NCBI GenBank assembly: GCA_044868695.1
Contig: JBIOWP010000009.1
Coordinates: forward strand, 1 to 19,560
Reading direction: 5' to 3'
Length of the DNA: 19,560 bases
Source of the DNA: a bacterium
GTDB lineage: Bacteria; Sysuimicrobiota; Sysuimicrobiia; Sysuimicrobiales; Kaftiobacteriaceae
Shown: piece by piece, positions 8,165 through 16,806 of the stretch
Numbering within the stretch: position 1 is the first letter of the stretch
Layout: each line of letters begins with the position of its first letter
The notes under the pieces: generated by a model
The model's database searches: none
What the model saw: only the letters and a program-made list of their open reading frames with translations
Told to the model about the DNA's origin: nothing
Position numbers and translations under genes: made by a program

Positions 8165-9343
8165 CTACACGCGCTCGACCGCGACGGCCACCGCCTCGCC
8201 GCCGGCCAGGCAGATCGCGGCGACACCGCGGCGTGCGTCGTAGCGGGGCATCGCTGAGAGCAGCGTCGTCAGGATCCGGGCGCCGCTGCAGCCGATCGGG
8301 TGGCCCAGGGCAACCGCGCCGCCGTGAACGTTCACGTGGTCGAAGGGGATGCCGAGATCGCGGCAGACCGCGATGACGACCGCGCCAAAGGCTTCGTTGA
8401 TCTCGAACAGGTCGACGTCGTCTTTCTGCCAGCCGACTTTCTCCAGGAGCCGCCGCGTCGCGTGCGCGGGAGCGATGGTGAACCACTCCGGCGCCATCGC
8501 GGCTCCGGCCTGCCCCACAAGGCGGGCGATGGGCTTCCACCCGCGGCGGCGCGCCGCATCGTCGGCCGCCAGCACCACGGCCGCTGCGCCGTCGCTGATG
8601 CTGCTCGCGTTGGCCGCGGTGACGGTGCCGCCTTCTTCGAACACGGGACGCAGGGTGGGGATCTTGTCGAAATCGACGCGGCGAGGTTCTTCGTCCTCAC
8701 CCACGACCTGACTCGCCCCCTTCCCGCCGGACACGTCGACGGGAACGATTTCGTCGGCGAACACGCCGGAGTCCATCGCCGTCAGGGCGCGCGAATAACT
8801 CAACCGGGCGAAGTCGTCCTGCTCCTGGCGCGAGATGCGGTACTCCCGCGACAGCAGCTCGGCGCAGTTGCCCATGTGCAGGTTCTGGTACGCATCAAGG
8901 AGTCCGTCCCGCAGGATCGTGTCGACGATCTTGTCGTCGCCGAGCCGGTACCCGGTGCGGGCCCGGGGCAAGAGGTACGGTGACGCGCTCATGTTCTCCA
9001 TGCCGCCGGCGACGGCCACGTCCGCGTCCCCCGCCCCGATGGCCTGCGCGGCCAGCATCACCGCTTTCAGACCGGAGCCGCACATCTTGTTGATCGTTGT
9101 TGCGGGCACGGCCTGAGGCAATCCTGCGTGCAGCGTCGCCTGGCGGGCGGGCGCCTGGCCAAGGCCGGCGCTCAGCACGTTGCCCATGAAGACCTCGTCG
9201 ACCTGGTCCTTCTGGACGCCGGCCCGGCGCAGGGCCTCGGCGATCGCGATGCTGCCGAGTCGCGGTGCGGGGATCGACGCCAGGCCGCCGAGGAACCGGC
9301 CGATGGGCGTGCGGGCGGCGCCGATGATCACGACCGTGCGCAT
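8165..9343 (-). CDS. Acetyl-CoA C-acetyltransferase (classical thiolase)
   Basis: ARTPIG, GQAPARQA, INKMCGSG (nucleophile Cys), NEAF, GHPIGCSG, CLAGGEA. All catalytic residues are present. Confidence 0.96.
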   Translation of the reverse strand: MRTVVIIGAARTPIGRFLGGLASIPAPRLGSIAIAEALRRAGVQKDQVDEVFMGNVLSAGLGQAPARQATLHAGLPQAVPATTINKMCGSGLKAVMLAAQAIGAGDADVAVAGGMENMSASPYLLPRARTGYRLGDDKIVDTILRDGLLDAYQNLHMGNCAELLSREYRISRQEQDDFARLSYSRALTAMDSGVFADEIVPVDVSGGKGASQVVGEDEEPRRVDFDKIPTLRPVFEEGGTVTAANASSISDGAAAVVLAADDAARRRGWKPIARLVGQAGAAMAPEWFTIAPAHATRRLLEKVGWQKDDVDLFEINEAFGAVVIAVCRDLGIPFDHVNVHGGAVALGHPIGCSGARILTTLLSAMPRYDARRGVAAICLAGGEAVAVAVERV

Positions 9344-9352
9344 GCTACGCTC

Positions 9353-9381
9353 AGTCTACTGCGCGGTCCACACCCGCGCAA
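9353..9381 (-). promoter_or_regulatory. Putative sigma70-type promoter for thiolase (near-leaderless)
   Basis: Minus strand TTGCGC-N17-TAGACT, 9 nt before ATG 9343; no Shine-Dalgarno. Confidence 0.55.
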
Positions 9382-9401
9382 CGCCGCCCTCCGCGTGTGG
9401 T

Positions 9402-9431
9402 TTGACACCCCGGAGGATCCCATGCTAGACT
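9402..9431 (+). promoter_or_regulatory. Putative sigma70-type promoter for the lysA operon
   Basis: TTGACA (9402-9407)-N18-TAGACT (9426-9431) with an extended TG at 9423-9424. Confidence 0.65.
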
Positions 9432-9451
9432 CGGCTTCAAGTTTTCCCACC

Positions 9452-10765
9452 ATGAGCGCCGATACGGTCGCCGCCCACGGGTATTCCATCAACGCCGCCG
9501 GGCACCTGGAGATCGGCGGGGCGGACGCCGTTGGTCTCGCGCGTGAGTTTGGGACCCCGCTCCACGTCCTCGACGAAGGCCGGATACGTGCGAACTGCGG
9601 GGCCTACCGCGACGCGCTGGCCCGCGAATACGGCAACGCCCGGCCGCTATTCGCGTCCAAAGCCTGCTGCATCATCGCGTCCTGTCAGATTGCCGCCCAA
9701 GAAGGGCTGGGGGTTGACGTCGCTTCCGGCGGGGAGTTGCATACGGCGCTGCGCGCCGGCGTGTCCCCGGGCGATCTGTACTTCCACGGCAACAACAAAA
9801 CCCCCGACGAAATCGAGTATGCGCTCCGGTCCGGCGTCGGGCGGATCATTGTCGACAACGACTATGAACTCGACCTGCTGGAGGCGGCGACGGCCCGGCT
9901 GGATGCCACCGCCGACATCCTGCTCCGGTTGACGCCGGGGATCGAGCCGCACACCCACAAGGCGATCCGCACCGGGGGCGTGGACTCGAAATTTGGATTT
10001 GGGATCCTGGACGGGACGGCCCACCGCGCCGTCGCACGCGCAGGCCGCATGGACCGGGTCCGGCTGCGCGGCCTCCACGCCCACATCGGGTCCCAAGTGT
10101 TCGATCTCGAGCCGTTTCAGATGGCGGCGGCGGCGATGGTGGAGTGTGCCGCGCGCGTCCGGGATGACCTCGACGTGACCGTCGAAGAGCTGAATCTCGG
10201 CGGCGGCCTGGGAATCCGGTACCTCCGGACCGATGAGCCGCCGGCGATTGCCGACTACGTGCGCGCCGTAGCCAGCGTCGTCAAGGCAAAGCTCGCCGAG
10301 CACCGTTTGGCGCCGCCCCGCCTGTTCGTCGAGCCCGGCCGGTCGATCGTGGGCGATGCGGGGGTCAGCCTCTACACGGTGGGTGCGGTCAAGCAGATAG
10401 CAGGTGTCCGGACCTACATCTCGGTGGATGGTGGGATGTTTGAGAATCCGCGCCCGGCGCTGTACGGCGCGCGGTACGAAGCGGTCGCGCCGGCGCGCGC
10501 GGCCGAGGCGCCGTCACAGACCGCCGCCGTCGCGGGGCGGTGCTGCGAGTCCGGGGACGTCCTGATCTGGGAGGCATCCCTGCCGCCGCTGCGGAGCGGG
10601 GATCTGCTGGCGGTGTTTGCCACCGGCGCCTATACTTACTCGATGGCCAGCAACTACAACCGCTTCCCACGGCCGGCCGTCGTGCTGGTGCGCGACGGCC
10701 GGGCGCGCGTCGTCGTGGAGCGCGAAACATACGATGATATCGTGCGCAAGGACGTTCCCCTCTAA
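9452..10765 (+). CDS. lysA: Diaminopimelate decarboxylase
   Basis: FGTPLHV, FASKA (PLP Lys), DVASGGEL, HGNNK, SKFG, HIGSQ, EPGRS, CESGD, GAY, SNYN. An alternative start at ATG 9422 is preceded by GGAGG. Confidence 0.95.
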   Translation: MSADTVAAHGYSINAAGHLEIGGADAVGLAREFGTPLHVLDEGRIRANCGAYRDALAREYGNARPLFASKACCIIASCQIAAQEGLGVDVASGGELHTALRAGVSPGDLYFHGNNKTPDEIEYALRSGVGRIIVDNDYELDLLEAATARLDATADILLRLTPGIEPHTHKAIRTGGVDSKFGFGILDGTAHRAVARAGRMDRVRLRGLHAHIGSQVFDLEPFQMAAAAMVECAARVRDDLDVTVEELNLGGGLGIRYLRTDEPPAIADYVRAVASVVKAKLAEHRLAPPRLFVEPGRSIVGDAGVSLYTVGAVKQIAGVRTYISVDGGMFENPRPALYGARYEAVAPARAAEAPSQTAAVAGRCCESGDVLIWEASLPPLRSGDLLAVFATGAYTYSMASNYNRFPRPAVVLVRDGRARVVVERETYDDIVRKDVPL

Positions 10766-10783
10766 GTCTTGAAGTAACCGTCG

Positions 10784-11410
10784 ATGCTCTTCCTCGATCC
10801 GGAGACGCTCCCGTACAGGGTGGTGGCGCTGCTCATCGCCCTTACGGTGCACGAGTTTGCGCACGCCTATGTGGCGGACCGTCTCGGTGATCCGACGCCG
10901 CGTGCGCAGGGCCGGTTGACCCTCAACCCGCTGGCGCATTTGGATCCGTGGGGCACCGTGCTCATCCTGCTGCTGCGGTTTGGCTGGGCCAAGCCGGTGC
11001 AGATCAATCCCACCAACTTTCAGAACTGGCGTCGAGACTCGATCATCGTCGCCGCCGCCGGGCCGCTGGCCAATATCACGCTGCTGTTCGTCGTTGGGAT
11101 TCCCTACAAGCTCGGCCTGCTGGACGTGCGGGAGATTGGCGCGATGGCCTCGCTCAGCCGGCTGCTCGTCGAGATGATGTGGCTGAACGCGATGCTGGCC
11201 GTCTTCAACCTGATTCCCGTTCCGCCCCTGGATGGGTCGCGGATCCTGATCGGCGTGCTACCGCCGGCGCAGGCAGTCTCCTACGCGCGGATCCAGCTGT
11301 ACGGACCGGTGATCTTGATCCTCCTCATTGTGACGAGGACGCTGCCGTTCCTTGTGGGGCCGCCCATGTTCTGGCTGCTGGCACAGGCGACGGGGAGTGG
11401 ATTCTTTTGA
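10784..11410 (+). CDS. Site-2 protease family (peptidase M50) membrane metalloprotease
   Basis: HEFAH zinc motif, GRLTLNPLAHLD, GWAKPV, AAGP, FNLIPVPPLDG. Confidence 0.95.
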   Translation: MLFLDPETLPYRVVALLIALTVHEFAHAYVADRLGDPTPRAQGRLTLNPLAHLDPWGTVLILLLRFGWAKPVQINPTNFQNWRRDSIIVAAAGPLANITLLFVVGIPYKLGLLDVREIGAMASLSRLLVEMMWLNAMLAVFNLIPVPPLDGSRILIGVLPPAQAVSYARIQLYGPVILILLIVTRTLPFLVGPPMFWLLAQATGSGFF

Positions 11411-12117
11411 CCTACAGCGTGAAGCTGCCGCAGTTTGAGGGTCCAATCGATCTGCTCCTCACGCTGGCGCAGCAGGGGCAGGTGGACCTGCGCGACATTC
11501 CGCTGGGGCAGATCGCCGAGGACTATCTGGCCGGCACCCGCGGCGGGCTCGACCTCGAAGAAGCCACCGAAGTCCTGTGGATGCTCGCCGCGATGATCGA
11601 GATGAAGTCGCGGCTTCTGGTGCCGAAGCCGGAGACACCCGAGGAGCCGCTCCCGGAGGCCGAGGAACCCTCTGACCTCCAGGAACGGCTGGAAGAGAAG
11701 CTGCAGGAGTACCGGGCGTTCAAGGAAGTCGCGTCGGCGCTGCGTGCGCTGGAGGACTATCAGCACCGTGTCTTCGCGCGGTCGCCGGGGGATGACCCCA
11801 ATGCCGTGTTCCTGGAAGGGGTGACGCTCGGTGATCTGTTCCGCGCGTTCCAGCAGGTCCTTGAACGGGCCCAGGAACAGGTCGGGGAAATTCCGGCCGA
11901 AGAGGTGAAAGTGGCCGAACGGATGCAGGGGATCCTGGCCCTGCTGGGCCGGCACCCCGAGGGCGTCGTGTTCGGGGACCTCTTTCCTACCACGGCCACG
12001 AAGCTGGAGGTCATCGTGACGTTTCTCGCGCTGCTGGAGCTCATCAAGAACCGGCGCGCGCGTGCTGCGCAGCCCCAGACGTTCGCGCCCATCCGGATCG
12101 TGCTGGTGGCATCATGA
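11407..12117 (+). CDS. scpA: Segregation and condensation protein A (kleisin)
   Basis: YSVKLPQFEGPIDLLL, KSRLLVP, VTFLALLELIK. TTG start overlaps the upstream TGA, with GGGGAG upstream. Confidence 0.93.
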   Translation: MTYSVKLPQFEGPIDLLLTLAQQGQVDLRDIPLGQIAEDYLAGTRGGLDLEEATEVLWMLAAMIEMKSRLLVPKPETPEEPLPEAEEPSDLQERLEEKLQEYRAFKEVASALRALEDYQHRVFARSPGDDPNAVFLEGVTLGDLFRAFQQVLERAQEQVGEIPAEEVKVAERMQGILALLGRHPEGVVFGDLFPTTATKLEVIVTFLALLELIKNRRARAAQPQTFAPIRIVLVAS

Positions 12118-12710
12118 CGATCCCCGCTAGTCTCACCCCGCCGTCCGACGACCTCGACCTCGAGGAACTGAAAAAAGCCACCGAGTGTCTTCTGCTGGTG
12201 GGGGGCGGTCCGGTGACCGTCGAGCAGCTCGCGGAGGCGCTCGCGGCGCCGCCGCAGACGGTTCACGCGCTGTTGTGGGAGCTGCAGCAGGACTACGGCG
12301 TCCGCGGGCTCCAGATTCAGGCCGTGGCCGGTGGATATCAATTGTGCACGCGCCCGGAACTCGCGCGGTATGTGCAGCAGTTTCTGCGGCTGGATCACCG
12401 CGAGCCGCTCTCTCAAGCGGCGCTGGAAACGCTGGCCATCATCGCGTACCGGCAGCCCACCACCCGGGCAGAGATCGAGGCCGTGCGGGGGGTGCGCAGC
12501 GACCACGTGATCGACCGTCTGGTGGAGCGGCACCTCGCCCGTGAGGTCGGCCGGAAGCAGACCCTGGGGCGGCCGATCCTCTATGGCACAACGGAAGGAT
12601 TCCTACGGTACTTCGGACTCAAAGACCTCGAAGGCCTCCCGGCGCTGGAGGGCGATGATCCCCGCCGCGCCTTCAGCGGTGGGCCGCCCGCGGCCGCTCC
12701 GCAAGAGTAG
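12114..12710 (+). CDS. scpB: Segregation and condensation protein B
   Basis: VAGGYQLCT, LSQAALETLAIIAYRQPTTRAEIEAVRGV, GRPILYGTTEGFLRYFGL. Confidence 0.96.
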   Translation: MTIPASLTPPSDDLDLEELKKATECLLLVGGGPVTVEQLAEALAAPPQTVHALLWELQQDYGVRGLQIQAVAGGYQLCTRPELARYVQQFLRLDHREPLSQAALETLAIIAYRQPTTRAEIEAVRGVRSDHVIDRLVERHLAREVGRKQTLGRPILYGTTEGFLRYFGLKDLEGLPALEGDDPRRAFSGGPPAAAPQE

Positions 12711-12712
12711 GG

Positions 12713-13123
12713 ATGGAGAAACGGCTCTATCGGTCCCGCACCGAGCGATGGATTGCGGGCGTCTGTGGTGGGCTCAGCGACTACTTCAACGTGGACGTCA
12801 GCGCGCTCCGGGTCGCCTTTGCCCTGCTCGCGCTGTGGAACGGGTTTGGGCTGCTGCTGTACCTGCTGCTGGTCATCATCGTGCCGGACGAACCGGCCCC
12901 GGAAGTGGTCACCGAGCCCGGGCTGCCTCCGCCGATCCCGGACGGGGACGACGGGCAGGGCCGGGCCCGCACGCTGGGCGCGATCCTGGTCATCGGCGGG
13001 GCCTACCTGCTGGCCCACGAAGCCCAGCTCTTCGAGATGCTCCTGCACCAGCCGTGGGTGGGCGCGGTGCTGATCATCGGGGGGCTGGTGGTCCTGCTGC
13101 TCCGGCCCAAGCGGAAGGCCTGA
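12713..13123 (+). CDS. PspC-domain membrane protein with Pro-rich linker and two extra TM helices
   Basis: KRLYRSRTERWIAGVCGGLSDYF ... LYLLLVIIVP is the PspC signature, followed by a C-terminal hydrophobic hairpin. Confidence 0.88.
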   Translation: MEKRLYRSRTERWIAGVCGGLSDYFNVDVSALRVAFALLALWNGFGLLLYLLLVIIVPDEPAPEVVTEPGLPPPIPDGDDGQGRARTLGAILVIGGAYLLAHEAQLFEMLLHQPWVGAVLIIGGLVVLLLRPKRKA

Positions 13124-13126
13124 TCG

Positions 13127-13462
13127 TCACCCGATCCTCCCTCCGACCTCCGCAGGTTTGTCGGGTTGCAGCAGGACGATGCGGCCGCCGGCCTCCATCA
13201 CCCCGAGCGTCAGGACCTCGGACGTAAAGTCGGCGATCTGTTTGGGCGGGAAATTCGTGACGCACACCACCTGGCGGCCAATCAGTTCTTCCTTCCTATA
13301 GAAGGGACGGATGGCGGCGGACGATCTCTTGACTCCGTACGGGCCGAAGTCGATCGTCAGGTGGTACGAGGGTTTCCGCGCCCGCGGGAAGTCATCCGCC
13401 GTCTGGATGACCCCCACGCGCACCTCGACTTTCTCGAAGTCTTCCCAGCCGATTCTCGCCAT
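13127..13462 (-). CDS. csaA: CsaA / Trbp111-like OB-fold tRNA-binding protein and export chaperone
   Basis: WEDFEKVEVRVG, ARKPSYHLTIDFG, KRSSA, VTNFPPKQIADFTSEVLTLG. GGAGGTGG RBS precedes ATG 13462. Confidence 0.9.
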   Translation of the reverse strand: MARIGWEDFEKVEVRVGVIQTADDFPRARKPSYHLTIDFGPYGVKRSSAAIRPFYRKEELIGRQVVCVTNFPPKQIADFTSEVLTLGVMEAGGRIVLLQPDKPAEVGGRIG

Positions 13463-13601
13463 GACGCCACCTCCCGGCAGGACTGCTTTTGCAGTGACCG
13501 GAATGGGTAGAGGACATGTGCCGGGCGCGCAGTGCGGAAGCCGCCACAGTGTGCCTTGCCGTTTCGGCGCCGCCCTCGGGCTTTCCCGTACCCAGACCTC
13601 G

Positions 13602-14294
13602 ATGAGGCCCGGGAGGCCGACCGGCCAGCCGATCGTCGCCATCGACGGGCCTGTCGGGGCGGGGAAGAGCACCGTGGCGCGCGCGGTCGCCCAGCGCCTG
13701 AACTTCCGCTACGTCGATACCGGGGCGATGTACCGTTCGGTGGCGTGGGCCGCGCTCAGATGCGGGATGAGTTTGCAGGACGAGGCAGCCGTGACGGCCC
13801 TGGCCGGATCGCTGCGCATCGAGTTCGTGACTCATCCGCAGGGCCAGCGGGTGCTCGTCGACGCCGTGGACGTGACCGAGGCGATCCGGGCGCCCGAGGT
13901 GAGCGACGGCGCCTCCGTGGTTAGTATCTATCCAGGTGTGCGAGAGGCGATGGTTGCCGTGCAGCGCCGTCTCGGCGCAGAAGGCGGCGTGGTCATGGAA
14001 GGGCGCGACATCGGCACCGTCGTGTTCCCTGACGCCGAGGTGAAGGTATTCCTCGACGCGTCTTTGGATGTGCGCGCGCAGCGCCGTTTCGAAGAACTCC
14101 GGGGACGGGGCGCGGTGGTGGAGTTCGAGGCGGTGCGGAGAGCAGAAGAAGAACGCGACCGCCGGGACCGCACACGCGACCACTCGCCGCTCCGGCAGGC
14201 GCCCGATGCAATTGTGATCGACTCGACCGGCGTCCCCGCCGACGCGGTGGTCGACCGTATTGTGCGGCTCGTCCAGGGCCACGCGAATGGGTAG
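13602..14294 (+). CDS. cmk: Cytidylate kinase
   Basis: VAIDGPVGAGKST, DTGAMYR, VMEGRDIGTVVFPDA, RDRRDRTR...SPL. Confidence 0.95.
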   Translation: MRPGRPTGQPIVAIDGPVGAGKSTVARAVAQRLNFRYVDTGAMYRSVAWAALRCGMSLQDEAAVTALAGSLRIEFVTHPQGQRVLVDAVDVTEAIRAPEVSDGASVVSIYPGVREAMVAVQRRLGAEGGVVMEGRDIGTVVFPDAEVKVFLDASLDVRAQRRFEELRGRGAVVEFEAVRRAEEERDRRDRTRDHSPLRQAPDAIVIDSTGVPADAVVDRIVRLVQGHANG

Positions 14295-14991
14295 CGCGCG
14301 CACCAGAGAACCAGGGGGGTTCGTCAGCGGCCTCTGGTACTTCTTTTGGAAAACGGCGTTGTGGGCGATCGCGAAGGTCGCGTTCCGCCTGCGGATCGAG
14401 GGCCGGGAGCACGAGCCTCGGCGCGGGCCCTTTATCGTGGTGGGCAATCACGTCAGCGCCATCGACCCGCCGCTGGTCGGGATCGCGCTCCGCCACCGCG
14501 CCGCCTACATGGGCAAGCGGGAACTGTTCGACGTTCCGGTGCTGGGCGTGCTCCTGCGGTCGATCGGCGTCTTCCCGGTCCACCGGGGAGCCCCGGACCA
14601 TGGCGCCATCCGGAAGTCTCTGGACGTGCTGGGATCCGGCGGGGTGCTGGTGCTGTTCCCGGAGGGGACCCGCAGTCCTGACGGCCGGCTGCAGAAACCC
14701 GAACCCGGGAGCGCGATGATTGCCCTGCGCACCGGCGCGCCCGTGCTGCCTGTCGCCGTCATCAACAGCCAGCGCATTCTGCCCAAGGGCGCCCGCCGGC
14801 CATCCTTTCAACAAGTGGTCGTCCGGATGGGACCGCCGGTGTCCGTCCCGCAGGTCGACGGGCGGCTGGAGCATGAGCTGCTGGCGGAGTGGAGCGAACG
14901 CATTCTTGCAGCGATCGAACGTCTGCTCCCGGAGGAGCAGCGCCGCGTCACCCGCGGCCCGGTACAATCACCTCGAGTGCCTGGGGGATGA
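14287..14991 (+). CDS. plsC: 1-acyl-sn-glycerol-3-phosphate acyltransferase
   Basis: NHVSAID (HxxxxD), FPVHRG, FPEGTRS. Lies directly after cmk. Confidence 0.9.
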   Translation: MGSARTREPGGFVSGLWYFFWKTALWAIAKVAFRLRIEGREHEPRRGPFIVVGNHVSAIDPPLVGIALRHRAAYMGKRELFDVPVLGVLLRSIGVFPVHRGAPDHGAIRKSLDVLGSGGVLVLFPEGTRSPDGRLQKPEPGSAMIALRTGAPVLPVAVINSQRILPKGARRPSFQQVVVRMGPPVSVPQVDGRLEHELLAEWSERILAAIERLLPEEQRRVTRGPVQSPRVPGG

Positions 14992-15865
14992 TCCGAAACA
15001 CCGCCGGCACCCTGCCGACGGTTTCCCCGTCCGCATGGATCGCGAGCGGAACGTCGCTGTCCACCCGGACTTCGTGCGCCGCGGTATGGAAGACCTTCGG
15101 ATGCTGCAGGTGGCGGCCTGAGAAGACTTTCGGAAGCACCGCGAGCGTTTCCCATTTCGTGAGGTCGGTCGCATAGACGACGGCCAGCAGGCCATCGTCG
15201 ACGTGCGCGTGCGGGGCCATATACATTCCCCCGCCGTACCAGTTGGTGTTCGCGGCGGCGAGCAGGAACATCCGGATCCGCTGCTCCCCCCCATCAATGG
15301 TGATCCGCGTGGCCACCGGGCGGTACGTGAGCAGCGTCCGGAGGATGCCCGCCACGTACACCGCCGTCCCTCGGATCCAGCGCGGCCACCGATTGACCAG
15401 CTGCGCGACCTCGGCGTCAAATCCAACGCCCGAAATCGTCGCAAAGTACCGGTCGTTGACCTGCCCGACATCCACGCGGCGTCGCCTGCCGTCCAGCACG
15501 GCGCGCGCGGACGCGTGGGGGTTCAGCGGGATGCCCAGGCAGCGTGGGAAATCGTTGGCGGTGCCTTCGGGGATGATGGCCAGCGCGGGGCGCGGGTCGG
15601 CCGGGCTGTGGAGCAATCCGTTGATGGCCCAGTGGGTCGTGCCATCGCCGCCGACGGAGATGATGGTCGCAAACCCATCGCCGCCGGCCCGCTGCGCGAT
15701 CGCCATCCCCTCCTGCGGCGAGTGAGTCGTGGCTTCTTCGAGATCCAGTCCCGCTCCGCGCAGAATCGCCCGCAGCCCCGGCCACGCCCGCTGCCCGCGC
15801 CCCCGGGCCGCGGAGGGATTGATGAGTGCAAGCGCGCGACCGGCACGCGGTGGAGGCGGCGACAT
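14948..15865 (-). CDS. Diacylglycerol/lipid kinase, YegS/Rv2252/BmrU family
   Basis: INPSAARG, GGDGT, PEGTANDF, GVGFDA, YGGGM, DDGLL, HADGE. Confidence 0.92.
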   Translation of the reverse strand: MSPPPPRAGRALALINPSAARGRGQRAWPGLRAILRGAGLDLEEATTHSPQEGMAIAQRAGGDGFATIISVGGDGTTHWAINGLLHSPADPRPALAIIPEGTANDFPRCLGIPLNPHASARAVLDGRRRRVDVGQVNDRYFATISGVGFDAEVAQLVNRWPRWIRGTAVYVAGILRTLLTYRPVATRITIDGGEQRIRMFLLAAANTNWYGGGMYMAPHAHVDDGLLAVVYATDLTKWETLAVLPKVFSGRHLQHPKVFHTAAHEVRVDSDVPLAIHADGETVGRVPAVFRIIPQALEVIVPGRG

Positions 15866-15893
15866 GGTGCTGTCGCTATACGGCGACCGGAAG

Positions 15894-15922
15894 GTGCAAT
15901 CCTGTGTTTGCCATAGTATGCT
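15894..15922 (+). promoter_or_regulatory. Putative promoter for ispH (near-leaderless)
   Basis: GTGCAA-N17-TATGCT, 8 nt before ATG 15931. Confidence 0.4.
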
Positions 15923-15930
15923 AAGGGACG

Positions 15931-16806
15931 ATGGAGATTGTCGTCGCCAAGCACATGGGCTTCTGCGGCGGGGTGAAGCGCGCTGTGGACATGGCGCGCA
16001 GCACCGCGGAGCAGTCGTCCGGACCGGTGTTCACCTGGGGCCCGCTGATCCATAACCCGCAAGTCGTGACCAGGCTGCAGGAGGCGGGCGTCGACGTGGC
16101 CGACCGGCTCGACGACCTCGCGGGCGAGGCGTTTGTGGTCTCCGCCTACGGCGTCGAGCATGCTGTGCTTGAGGCGGCGAAGAGCCGCGGCATGAGGATC
16201 GTGGACGCCACCTGCCCCGTCGTCATCCGCGCCCATTCCCTGGCGTTCAAACTGGTTGAAGAAGGCTACCATCTGGTGGTCGTCGGCGACCACGGACACC
16301 CTGAGATCGTCACGCTAAAAGAAGCGCTGGGCGACAAAGTGACCATCGTGCACAACCGGGATGAGGCGGCGCAGGTGAAGCTGCGCGGCCGGGTGGCGGT
16401 GATGTCTCAAACCACCCAGTCTCAGGAAAACTTCCGGCAGATCGTCGGGGACCTGAGCTTACGCACCAAGGAACTGCGGGTGGTCAATACGCTCTGTCCG
16501 GCGATCACCGTGCGACAAGAGGAAGCAGAGCGCATGGTTGACGAAGTCGACGCGCTGATCGTCATTGGTGGGCACCACAGCGCGAACACGACACGTCTGT
16601 GGGAGATCGGCCGGACCCACCGCCTGCCGACGCACCACATTGAAGTGGCAGAGGAACTGGACCCCGGCTGGTTCGATGGGGTCGAGCGGGTGGGCATCAT
16701 GTCGGGCGCCAGCACCCCTGAATGGATTATCGCCGAAGTCCTGCACCGATTGGATGAGATAGGGCGGCAACACGAAACCGCACAACCTACTCAATCTACA
16801 CAATGA
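15931..16806 (+). CDS. ispH: 4-hydroxy-3-methylbut-2-enyl diphosphate reductase
   Basis: GFCGGVKRA, IHNPQV, DATCPVV, HPE, SQTT, NTLCPA, SANT, GASTP, with three Fe-S Cys. No S1 fusion. The tail ETAQPTQSTQ is repeat-derived. Confidence 0.95.
   Translation: MEIVVAKHMGFCGGVKRAVDMARSTAEQSSGPVFTWGPLIHNPQVVTRLQEAGVDVADRLDDLAGEAFVVSAYGVEHAVLEAAKSRGMRIVDATCPVVIRAHSLAFKLVEEGYHLVVVGDHGHPEIVTLKEALGDKVTIVHNRDEAAQVKLRGRVAVMSQTTQSQENFRQIVGDLSLRTKELRVVNTLCPAITVRQEEAERMVDEVDALIVIGGHHSANTTRLWEIGRTHRLPTHHIEVAEELDPGWFDGVERVGIMSGASTPEWIIAEVLHRLDEIGRQHETAQPTQSTQ

Noticed and set aside
9128..9451. N-terminal extensions in the ORF track for lysA (also acyl-CoA dehydrogenase, scpA, cmk, csaA, plsC, der)
   Set aside because: They overlap neighbouring genes or promoters, and family similarity starts at the downstream codons used here.
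9344..9451. Lysine riboswitch or T-box before lysA
   Set aside because: The region is only 108 nt and is filled by two promoter-like elements; no conserved motifs are present.
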